Shown here: in pieces, positions 17,156 through 24,795 of the stretch | Layout of the letters: each line of letters begins with the position of its first letter | Numbering within the stretch: the stretch's first letter is position 1 | Virus record (IMG/VR): IMGVR_UViG_3300046520_000074 | DNA: 55,897 nt | Source of the DNA: a virus | Direction: 5' to 3' (one strand) | Notes under the pieces: model-generated | The model's input: the letters and a program-made list of their open reading frames with translations, nothing else | Told to the model about the DNA's origin: nothing | Database searches by the model: none | Position numbers and translations under genes: made by a program

Positions 17156-19099
17156 CTACGCCGCAGCCGCCTGCTGCTCTACAGCACGCCACGGATCGTT
17201 GGCCCGTGCCAAAGCAGCCATCGGCGGCGGACTGACGCTGTTGCCGCACATGTGGACCTGCTGGGTTTTGGTGAAGGGCTTGCCGTCGGCGCCATGGCTG
17301 ATGACGTAGTCGGCGGGGAAGCCCTGGGCCTTGTACAGCTCGGCCGGCTTCAGCATGCGCAGGCAGATGTCGACGATCACATACGGCGTGCCCTTGACCA
17401 TCACAGTGACCATCGCCAAGCGATCCTTGGTGGTGATGGTGGGCGCCGGTGCATCGCAAGCGCTGATGTTTTCGGTGCCGTAGTAGCTGATCAGGAAGGC
17501 CGCGACGCGAAGGGCGCCGTCTTCATGCTCAGGCGACAGCTTGTAATGCAGCAATGCGTGATGCTCGGCGCCCGCAGTCATGGTCGGTACCGGCTCATCT
17601 ACTCCCCGACCAACGCAGTTCCGGCGCAGGGTGGCTAGGCTGGCGCTCACCAACTGCTGCTGGCTGCCCGTGTTGGTCACCGTGGTCAGCGGCTCGTCCA
17701 TGCCCTTTGCGAAGGTGGTGTTAAAGCCGCCGTTCATCTGCGCCATAAACACAGTGGAGATACCCATCGCGTGGGCGGCACCGGCTGGGCGCTGGTAGTT
17801 GCCGCCACTGGTGATGGTTGGCAGAGGCTCATCCAGCGCCTTGCCCTCGTCCGCAAATCGGAACTTCACCAGGTGCGCCGAAGCGATCGCGGTGTCCGCT
17901 TTTGCTGTGATGGTGTACATCGCTTCATCTCCCGGGCGCGGCTCTGTTTGTCCAGCCCGCCCGCCGACACCCGTCAAGATAGGACTGATCAGCGTCAGCT
18001 CCCCACGGTTCGCGCATGTCACGGTAGGCAATGGGGCCATCGGGTCGTTAACCCTGACGCTACCCTGATGCGTGGCTGGCGCGATGACCGGGCTTGCCAT
18101 GGCGAACGAACCGCCGCGGGGCCAGCTGGTGATGGTACGTAGCGGCTCGGCCGACGATTGCGCCAGCTCACCAGACCAGTTAGCGATCGGCACAATGAAC
18201 GGCGCCGGGTTGTCGATGACGAACTTCTTCATGCCCTTGGCAACGCGGCGCAGGGTGGCCGGCGCCAGGTCCTTCTTACGGCCGAAGATGCTCTTGCCCA
18301 GGTCGCTGAAGTCGATGCAGTCGGCGGCGGTCTTCCACTTTTGCTGGCCTTTTACAGGGTTCTTCGCGTGGGTTGGCTCAGGCCATACGATTGGCTGTCC
18401 GTCGCACCGGGCGATCATGAACAGGCGTTCCCGGCTGGTCGGGGCGCCGAAGTCGCAGGCCTTGATCACACGCCATTCCACTGCGTAGCCCAGGCGCTTC
18501 AGCTCGGCTACGAACACAGCCCATGTCTGCCCGCGGCGTTTCGGGTCAGGCACCAGGAACTGCTGGTGGACAGGAACCACTTCGCCTGGCTCAGCGATGC
18601 CGCCGCCCAGCTTCACGACGCGGCCTGAGGACTTGCACCTCTTGGCGATCAGCGGCCCCCACTGGAGGATCTGCTTCACGTTCTCCAGGCTGATCACCCG
18701 GGGCATCTTCTTGCCGGCCCACTTGAGGCCGATCCACGACAGGTTCCGGATCTCGCGCTTGCGCGGCTGGCCGCCGGCGGCCTGGCTGTGGTGCGTGCAG
18801 TCCGGTGACATGTGGAACCAGCCCACGGCCTTACCGCCACACTCGGTATCGGGGTCGCCGTCGAAAACATCCGTCGTGTAGTGCACTGCGCCCGGGTGAT
18901 TCACGGTGTGCATACTGATCGCCTGCGGGCTGTGATTCTTCGCAACGTTCACCGTCCGGCCCAGGCCCATTTCCAACCCGGTACCGGCACCGCCGCCACC
19001 GCAGAAGAAGTCGACCACGATCTCGTCATCCTGAGGGTTGAAGCCGAGTCCGTATTGGGTTTTGAAATCGAAGGGGTGTTTCTTCTGTTGTGCGGACAT
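17156..19099 (-). CDS. DNA (cytosine-5) methyltransferase, large form
   Basis: FCGGGGAG (motif I), SPDCTHHS (PC-type motif IV), ENV (motif VI), GNSV (motif X). Confidence 0.85.
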   Translation of the reverse strand: MSAQQKKHPFDFKTQYGLGFNPQDDEIVVDFFCGGGGAGTGLEMGLGRTVNVAKNHSPQAISMHTVNHPGAVHYTTDVFDGDPDTECGGKAVGWFHMSPDCTHHSQAAGGQPRKREIRNLSWIGLKWAGKKMPRVISLENVKQILQWGPLIAKRCKSSGRVVKLGGGIAEPGEVVPVHQQFLVPDPKRRGQTWAVFVAELKRLGYAVEWRVIKACDFGAPTSRERLFMIARCDGQPIVWPEPTHAKNPVKGQQKWKTAADCIDFSDLGKSIFGRKKDLAPATLRRVAKGMKKFVIDNPAPFIVPIANWSGELAQSSAEPLRTITSWPRGGSFAMASPVIAPATHQGSVRVNDPMAPLPTVTCANRGELTLISPILTGVGGRAGQTEPRPGDEAMYTITAKADTAIASAHLVKFRFADEGKALDEPLPTITSGGNYQRPAGAAHAMGISTVFMAQMNGGFNTTFAKGMDEPLTTVTNTGSQQQLVSASLATLRRNCVGRGVDEPVPTMTAGAEHHALLHYKLSPEHEDGALRVAAFLISYYGTENISACDAPAPTITTKDRLAMVTVMVKGTPYVIVDICLRMLKPAELYKAQGFPADYVISHGADGKPFTKTQQVHMCGNSVSPPPMAALARANDPWRAVEQQAAAA

Positions 19100-19139
19100 A
19101 GGGGGTCCTCGCCAGCTGGCGTGATTCGAGTTTGTGGGG

Positions 19140-20300
19140 TTACTTCTTCGGGTAGGTCTTGGTCAGCGCGCCGTTGACGGCATGGCCTCGCTTGAGCACG
19201 ACGCGAGCCAGGGCGGCCCGGTCTTTCTCGCTGTGGCTGGCCTGACTGAGCAGACCGAAGTAGCTGTTTGCGGTTTCGCGCAGATCCTCGGCAGGCGCCG
19301 CGGCTGTTCGCTTCAGCGCCTGAGCCAGTGACCGCTTCCGTGTCGTGCGCCGCCAGGGCTTGATGACGTGGCCGACGAAGTCGACGCCCCGATCCACCGG
19401 CTGAAGAATCGTCTTCTTCGGGTTCAGCTTGGCGCCCAGGCTGGGCAGGAATGCTTCCACTGCTGCCAGCCAGGCGTTGAGCTGTTGCGGCGACTCATGC
19501 AGGAACACGAAGTCATCGACGTATCGGATGTAGTGCTTGGCGCCCAGTCGGTGCTTGGCGAACTGGTCCAGGGCGTTCAGGTACACGTTGGCGAAGAACT
19601 GCGAGGACAGGTTGCCGATGGGCAGCCCCAGGCGGGCAGGCTGCGCAGTGAGGCGCTTGTGTTGCGGCACCCGATTGAACAGATGGGCCGGGCTGCGCAC
19701 CTCGTAGTCCTCGCGAGGGTCGTGCATCAGGATCTGTTCGGCGAGGGCCAGCCACCAGGGTTCGGTGATCTTGGCGGCCAACTGCTGGCGCAGCACCTCT
19801 TTGTCGATGGCGACGAAGAAGTTCGCCAGGTCGCACTTGAGGTAGAAGATCGGCTTCGACCAGTTCTCGCTGGCGCTGCGGATCTTCGATTCAAGGCGCT
19901 GGGCGGCGTACAACGTGCCTCGCCCAGGGATGCATGCGCAACTGTCCGCTATGAAGCTGGCGTAGAAGCGCGGTGCCACATGGTTGTACAGCAGGTGGTG
20001 GACGACGCGGTTCCGAAAGGCTGCTGCCCAGACTTCCCGGGCTTTCGGTCGGGTGACCACGAAGCAGATGGAGCGGCCTGGCCGGTAAGTGCCGGCGGTC
20101 AGGTCGTTGTGCAGCTCGATCAGGTTCCGCTCCAGGTCCATTTCGAAAGCCAGCGCGCTGTCGCTGTTGCGCTTGGAGCGTCGGCAGTCGTAATAGGCCT
20201 GGACCAGATCGCTGAATGGGTAGGGACCAACGTTCGAATCTGCGGACGGGGCGGACGCGGAGCTCGTTGTTCTTGTCGTTGTTGTTCTGATTGCCATCAT
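19140..20300 (-). CDS. DGR reverse transcriptase
   Basis: LPIGNLSSQFFANVYLNALDQF (DGR-type IGxxxSQ motif 4) and YIRYVDDFVF (YxDD). It lies immediately 3' of the TR. The only in-frame ATGs (20300 and 20297) lie inside the TR. Confidence 0.9.
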   Translation of the reverse strand: MMAIRTTTTRTTSSASAPSADSNVGPYPFSDLVQAYYDCRRSKRNSDSALAFEMDLERNLIELHNDLTAGTYRPGRSICFVVTRPKAREVWAAAFRNRVVHHLLYNHVAPRFYASFIADSCACIPGRGTLYAAQRLESKIRSASENWSKPIFYLKCDLANFFVAIDKEVLRQQLAAKITEPWWLALAEQILMHDPREDYEVRSPAHLFNRVPQHKRLTAQPARLGLPIGNLSSQFFANVYLNALDQFAKHRLGAKHYIRYVDDFVFLHESPQQLNAWLAAVEAFLPSLGAKLNPKKTILQPVDRGVDFVGHVIKPWRRTTRKRSLAQALKRTAAAPAEDLRETANSYFGLLSQASHSEKDRAALARVVLKRGHAVNGALTKTYPKK

Positions 20301-20340
20301 CGAAGTTCATGTTGAATGCGTTGTTGGCGGAGCGCTGCGA
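20237..20340 (-). repeat. DGR template repeat (TR)
   Basis: Sense strand TCGCAGCGCTCCGCC-AACAACGCATTCAACATGAACTTCGATGATGGCAATCAGAACAACAACGACAAGAACAAC-GAGCTCCGCGTCCGCCCCGTCCGCAGATT. It has 10 Asn codons. It is homologous to three VRs, differing almost only at its adenines. Confidence 0.9.
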
Positions 20341-20511
20341 CCTATCGTGCTATCTACGTCACCAAGCCGAAGGCGGAGCCGATCAGCAAGGCAACTGCGC
20401 GAGACCTACACGGACGCTTTAGACCGGCGGTATCTCTTGTGCGCATGGCGGTGACCAGAAGGTCAGCGGCACGACCAGATTCAATTCGCACAGACCTGAA
20501 AGCCGTGGCTC
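20341..20511 (-). ncRNA. avd-TR spacer, presumed part of the DGR RNA
   Basis: 171-nt non-coding interval between the avd stop and the TR 5' end. It is positionally equivalent to the BPP-1 Sp region. Confidence 0.5.
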
Positions 20512-20868
20512 TCAGATGGCGGGCGCGGTTGGGGTGGAACGTTTCCAGGCGTTTGCCTGTTTGCCAATTGAGGTGGTGATCTCGATAGCCTTGGCGTGCT
20601 GCGGCACGCTGATGAAACGGCTTTCCTTGAAAAGCCTCATCAGGAACTCGATCACCTGGACCTTCTCGACCAGCGAGGTCAGGTGTGGATGCTTGTCCCG
20701 GGTCGAGTTGGCCCGGGCAATCAACATCAGCACGTCGATGCACTCGTCGATCACCCGCTTGCCGAGCGACTGCTTCAGGTCGCGGGGGATGTTTCGAGTC
20801 AGGTTGGTAGCCATGAGCAACAAGCCCATCGACACCTTGTAGATGCTCAGTTCTGTGTGCATTCCCAT
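20512..20868 (-). CDS. avd: Accessory variability determinant (Avd), four-helix-bundle protein
   Basis: 118 aa, basic and helical. It resembles the 23S-rRNA-IVS / four-helix-bundle family. It sits between the target and the TR as in BPP-1. Confidence 0.8.
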   Translation of the reverse strand: MGMHTELSIYKVSMGLLLMATNLTRNIPRDLKQSLGKRVIDECIDVLMLIARANSTRDKHPHLTSLVEKVQVIEFLMRLFKESRFISVPQHAKAIEITTSIGKQANAWKRSTPTAPAI

Positions 20869-20925
20869 TGCAGTGGATCTCCTTGAAGAGCAACCGTCCG
20901 CAAGCGGCCGGATTAAATAAGCAAA

Positions 20926-21546
20926 TTAATCAATCAATTGACTGCGGACGGGGCGGACGCGGAGCTCGTTGCTCTTGACGTCGCTGACCTGATAGCCATC
21001 ACCGAAGCCCATGATGAATGCGGTGTCGGCGGAGCGCTGCGAACTCGACCAGTAGGCGCGATCCTGGAACGCCTCAGGGCCATCTTCCTGGAAGGCTTCG
21101 ATGCTGGTCTGGGTGGGCGACTCCTCGGTGTACAGCAGGCCGACCGGCTCGCTGTTGGGGTTGTCGCCGCTGCGCCCGTACTGCCAGTTCTCTTCGGTGG
21201 TTGGCTTGAAGTGGCGATACTGCAGCTCCTGCACGTCGCGGGCCGGGATCGCCCAGTCAGTGAAACCGCCGATGTCCAGGGCCAGGACTTTCTGCGCCAG
21301 TTCGCTGCCAGAGGCTGCCATGGCCTCGGTATTGGCCCGGCTGTCGGTGAAGCTTTCGGCCCCCTCGATCTTCTCGCCGTACTTGCCCCATGCACCGACC
21401 AGCTCATGTTCGGCGCCGGCGGTGATATTCAGGTAGCGCTTGCCGGTGTCCGGGTCGCGGGTGATGCCGGAGAAGAAGCCGCCACCGAACGGCTGGCCGA
21501 TTTCCGGGATGGTCACTGCTGGTGCTGCTTGAGCTGCTGCGGACAT
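20926..21546 (-). CDS. DGR target protein 1 (DUF1566 / C-type-lectin-fold-like)
   Basis: Start at MSAAAQ with an RBS aaagaggaaa. GQPFGGGFFSG...DW.IPA..EL...YWSSSQRSA...ELRVRPVR. VR1 occupies the C-terminus. Confidence 0.85.
   Translation of the reverse strand: MSAAAQAAPAVTIPEIGQPFGGGFFSGITRDPDTGKRYLNITAGAEHELVGAWGKYGEKIEGAESFTDSRANTEAMAASGSELAQKVLALDIGGFTDWAIPARDVQELQYRHFKPTTEENWQYGRSGDNPNSEPVGLLYTEESPTQTSIEAFQEDGPEAFQDRAYWSSSQRSADTAFIMGFGDGYQVSDVKSNELRVRPVRSQLID
20942..21042 (-). repeat. DGR variable repeat VR1
   Basis: 101 bp alignable to TR 20240-20340. 13 differences by hand count, all at TR adenines. Peptide SQRSADTAFIMGFGDGYQVSDVKSNELRVRPVR. Confidence 0.9.
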
Positions 21547-21572
21547 GGTCTTTCCTCTTTTCGAAGGCAACA

Positions 21573-21596
21573 AAAAAGGCGCTGCTGCGCCCCGGT
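21573..21596 (-). terminator. Hairpin plus T-run after target 2
   Basis: Minus strand ggcgc-agca-gcgcc followed by ttttttg. Confidence 0.55.
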
Positions 21597-21624
21597 GCCG
21601 GATCAAGAACGGATGAATGAAGGA

Positions 21625-22230
21625 TTAAATAAAGAATCTGCGGACGGGGCGGACGCGGAGCTCGCCGTCCTTGACGCCGTAGTCCTGAGGGCCAACATCG
21701 AAGTGCACGCTGAATGCGCCGTAGGCGGAGCGCTGCGAAGATGACCAGTACCAGGTGTCTTGGGCGAACACCTCAGGACAGTTCAGCCAGCCCTGGTACA
21801 GCTCGGCAGCGGCGGGCAGGTAGAAGTCGTTGTGGCCGTCTACCGCATACTCGGCGCAGGCATCGGACGCCGGATAATCGTTTTCGTCGAAGCACATCAG
21901 TTCGGTGTTGAGCTTGCCGTCCGTTTTGCTGGTGCCCGGCAGATCAGTGTTACGTGGACCCCATTCAAAGCTGCCAGCGTCCTTTGCAGCGAAGATCAGG
22001 TAGTGCGCCGGGACATCGCCACGAGCGGCAACCAGGCCGCCGTTGATGCCGCCCTGGCTCGGCCAGTACTCGCCCAGGGCAGGCACTGCACCTGGTGCTG
22101 GCGGCGCAACATTCGCCGCCTGGGGCAGGGCACCGGCAAACAAGGCGGCGACCGCGATCTCGGCCAGCCTGGTGCGCGCCACTTTGAATTGAGCACCGTT
22201 GTAGTTCAGCTTCACCATTTCAGCTTTCAT
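21625..22230 (-). CDS. DGR target protein 2 (DUF1566 / C-type-lectin-fold-like)
   Basis: GEYWPSQGGINGGLV...DFYLPAAAEL...WYWSSSQRSA...ELRVRPVRR. VR2 occupies the C-terminus. Confidence 0.85.
   Translation of the reverse strand: MKAEMVKLNYNGAQFKVARTRLAEIAVAALFAGALPQAANVAPPAPGAVPALGEYWPSQGGINGGLVAARGDVPAHYLIFAAKDAGSFEWGPRNTDLPGTSKTDGKLNTELMCFDENDYPASDACAEYAVDGHNDFYLPAAAELYQGWLNCPEVFAQDTWYWSSSQRSAYGAFSVHFDVGPQDYGVKDGELRVRPVRRFFI
21635..21738 (-). repeat. DGR variable repeat VR2
   Basis: 104 bp alignable to the TR. 17 differences by hand count, all at TR adenines. Peptide SQRSAYGAFSVHFDVGPQDYGVKDGELRVRPVR. Confidence 0.9.
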
Positions 22231-22289
22231 GGATATTCCTCAGGATGGCGCCGCCCTCCGTGGGCCGGATGCGCAGCGTGGGGTAGGGG

Positions 22290-22601
22290 TTATTCGTCGT
22301 GGCAGATGCGAAGGGCTTCGCGCTGATATGCCAGGGTCAATTTTTCCGACACGTTTTCGGGTATCACGTATTCGTGTCGCGGAGCAGAAAGGAACTGAGC
22401 AGATCCAGTCGGGCCAAGGCCGTGCAGATGGTGAATCATCAGCGTCATGGCCTCGCCCTGTTCCTCAATACCGTTCCAGGCCATCAGGTCGGCCAGGGCC
22501 TGGCGGGTGCCAGCCAGCGTGTGCAGGCGTAACTCCTCTTCGCCGCGGCTCTTTCGCTTCGCCGCGGTCTTTGCTGACCGGTCTTTCTGAGCTGCAGCCA
22601 T
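22290..22601 (-). CDS. Hypothetical protein
   Basis: 103-aa ORF in the leftward operon. Confidence 0.55.
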   Translation of the reverse strand: MAAAQKDRSAKTAAKRKSRGEEELRLHTLAGTRQALADLMAWNGIEEQGEAMTLMIHHLHGLGPTGSAQFLSAPRHEYVIPENVSEKLTLAYQREALRICHDE

Positions 22602-22670
22602 GGCAGGTCTCCGTTATTCCACTGGCCGGCAGTGCCAGCCAGGTCTGTCGTTTGCGTTGTTGGGTGCGGG

Positions 22671-23264
22671 CTATGCGGCGCATGAAGTACAGCCGCGCCG
22701 CGCTTTCGGGTAATCAATGCCGTGTTTGTCGAGAATTCGCTCGAAAGTCTTGTTGGCGATCCCGATTCGGCCGCAGGCCTGCCGCCTGGTAATTCCAAGC
22801 TCAAGGAAGGCGCGGATCCGCTCGGCGAACTTCGCGTCGCGCTCATCCAAATGCTTGTTTCGGTCTTCACCGCCAGAGCGCAACCGAGCCGGCCGCTTGA
22901 ATGTCAGGTTGTGGTCCTGGGCGATTCCGTACAGCGTGCGGCGGCTGATGCCAAGGGCGTCGACGATCTCGGCCTGTGTGTGCGTCGGCGCCATCTCGCG
23001 AATCTTTTCGATCTGCTTCATCCGCGCCTGGTGGCGAATGTCCTGGGCGGACAGTGGTGGAGGTGGTGCCGGAGGGCGTCGGCGAACAAACGGCTTTGGT
23101 GCCGGCGGCATCTGGTTGCTGTAACTGATCGGCTTTGGCTTGTAGCCGATCGGCTCGGCCTCTTCGATCTTTCCGCCGGCGGCCAGGTATTGCTCGGCCT
23201 GCGCTGCCAGCTTTTCGCGTTCAGGTCGAAGGGCTTCGACCATGCTCAAGTGGTTGCTGATCAT
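22671..23264 (-). CDS. HTH-domain protein (two putative helix-turn-helix segments, Pro-rich linker)
   Basis: TQAEIVDALGISRRTLYGI and RRQACGRIGIANKTFERIL. Confidence 0.6.
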   Translation of the reverse strand: MISNHLSMVEALRPEREKLAAQAEQYLAAGGKIEEAEPIGYKPKPISYSNQMPPAPKPFVRRRPPAPPPPLSAQDIRHQARMKQIEKIREMAPTHTQAEIVDALGISRRTLYGIAQDHNLTFKRPARLRSGGEDRNKHLDERDAKFAERIRAFLELGITRRQACGRIGIANKTFERILDKHGIDYPKARRGCTSCAA

Positions 23265-24028
23265 GCTGCTTTACTCCGAAGTTTCGCCTCGTAGCCGTCC
23301 ACCAGCAGCTTGAACTGCCAGAGGTCTTCTTCGAGCTTTTCGATGTAGTCGTCGTCGCGCTTGAATTCCTGAAGCCAGAGCTGGCGCCCGACAGGCTTGA
23401 GGAGAGGGCAGTACATCCCGATGTGCCACCACTTGCGGCCGGTGATCCACATGCAGCCCTGTACCTGGTCGATGACGTCGCTGGCATCGTTGTCGATGTG
23501 GAAGGCGCGGAGCTTGTCGGGAGCAAGGAAGCATTTGTACTCCGACCCGCCGTCCTCGCCGATGAACCCGTCCGCGCTGGCGCCAAACACGCCGTCATCC
23601 GTTTTAACTAGCCCGACCTGCATAACGATCAGACCCGTCTGGATTTCGTGCTCCATGCGGGCTTCTGGCTCCAGCTCATGCCCCCGGCGCATCTGCCACG
23701 TTTCGAACCCGCCATCCAGCGGCGCGCCGCCGATCCGCTCGACTGCCAGCTCAAAGGCGTAGCTCAAGGCAGCATTGGATGGCTCGCCGACCTGTTCGCC
23801 GTCCAGAGCTCGCTGAACAACTTCGGCCTTTGGCGCCGCCTTGTAGCCAGCAAGGTCGCGAGCTCGCGATTCGCTGTGACCGGCCAGGATGGCTTCCACA
23901 TAGGTGCGCTGCTGCGTGGTCAGCCCATTCACCTTGGAGCGGGCGGTGCTGAACATACTGGCAGTGATAACGCCTGCGCGGCCTTGCAGCCACTCAGGAG
24001 AACCTTGCGTGCAGTTGACGACGATCAT
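23261..24028 (-). CDS. YqaJ-type recombination exonuclease
   Basis: GSPEWLQGRAGVITASMF N-terminal motif. It is paired with an annealase. Confidence 0.85.
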   Translation of the reverse strand: MIVVNCTQGSPEWLQGRAGVITASMFSTARSKVNGLTTQQRTYVEAILAGHSESRARDLAGYKAAPKAEVVQRALDGEQVGEPSNAALSYAFELAVERIGGAPLDGGFETWQMRRGHELEPEARMEHEIQTGLIVMQVGLVKTDDGVFGASADGFIGEDGGSEYKCFLAPDKLRAFHIDNDASDVIDQVQGCMWITGRKWWHIGMYCPLLKPVGRQLWLQEFKRDDDYIEKLEEDLWQFKLLVDGYEAKLRSKAA

Positions 24029-24783
24029 TTGGGCGCCTCCAGCTTGGCTTTGTGGACGGTTACGGCGGTCTTCACGGTGGAGTAGCCGTTGGTGTCACCC
24101 GATGCTTGCAGGACTTTCAGGCTTGCCTGCCAGACATCCCTGAGCTCATCTGGAGTTTTGGTCTGTCCGACACGCTCAAGGATGTCCGCCACTACCTGAG
24201 CGCGCATGTCATCCGTATCCGAGCCATCGGCCGACTGTCCGTCATCGTCGCGCGTCTCGCCCGTGGTGATGTTGAGTAGCGCGCACATAACGTAGCGCTT
24301 TCCGTAAGTAGTGGAGGAGCCGACGGCCTGCACATCGTTGCGCCCCTTGCCGATATCGACCGGCAGGCTCATGGTCGTTTGCTCGCGATGACCGCCTCGG
24401 TGCATCAGAATCCCGGTGACCTTAATCACCTTGTCCTCTGTTTCAACCTTGAACGTGATGGCGAAGCCATGCTGCTGCATGATCGGCTTCAGGGTGTGGG
24501 TGATGTGGTCCAGCGTTGCGTAGGAGTTGCCCGTGTGCAGGTTTACGGCGCCCTCGAACACAGTGGGGATGTTGCACTGCATTTCGGCCATGGCCGCGTT
24601 GAATTCCTGCTCGGCGGTCTTGGCCTGCATCCGTTCATGCATGGCGAGCAGGCGCTCCATCTTTTCGATATCGCAGGTCGGGTCGGCGGCGGCTCGGCTG
24701 ATGACCGCCATGATGCTGTTGTCCGTCGAGATCGGCACGACGGCTTGCCGGCGCTGATCCGGCATGATGATGTCTTGTGCCAT
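24025..24783 (-). CDS. ERF-family single-strand annealing protein
   Basis: YATLDHI...KP and QAVGSSTTYGKRYVMCALLNI resemble P22 Erf (QVTGATSSYARKYCLNGLFGI). Confidence 0.75.
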   Translation of the reverse strand: MAQDIIMPDQRRQAVVPISTDNSIMAVISRAAADPTCDIEKMERLLAMHERMQAKTAEQEFNAAMAEMQCNIPTVFEGAVNLHTGNSYATLDHITHTLKPIMQQHGFAITFKVETEDKVIKVTGILMHRGGHREQTTMSLPVDIGKGRNDVQAVGSSTTYGKRYVMCALLNITTGETRDDDGQSADGSDTDDMRAQVVADILERVGQTKTPDELRDVWQASLKVLQASGDTNGYSTVKTAVTVHKAKLEAPK

Positions 24784-24795
24784 GGTGGGCCTCTC

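Noticed and set aside
19140-20300. Reverse transcriptase as a retron or group II intron RT
   Set aside because: There are no msr/msd-like inverted repeats, no intron RNA domains and no maturase/endonuclease extension. Instead there is the IGxxxSQ motif, an adjacent Avd gene, and a TR with three A-mismatched VRs.
19891-20310. 139-aa ORF starting MNFDDGNQNNNDKNNELRVRPVRR
   Set aside because: This is the TR read in the VR frame, running on into the antisense-free region of the RT gene. It overlaps the RT ORF on the same strand and is a by-product of TR homology to the target C-termini, not a gene.
20880-20925. A GC hairpin downstream of VR1 as the DGR cruciform element
   Set aside because: Only a 3-5 bp interrupted stem (ccg-caag-cgg) can be drawn, and no equivalent is seen after VR2 or VR3. 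That is too weak to call.
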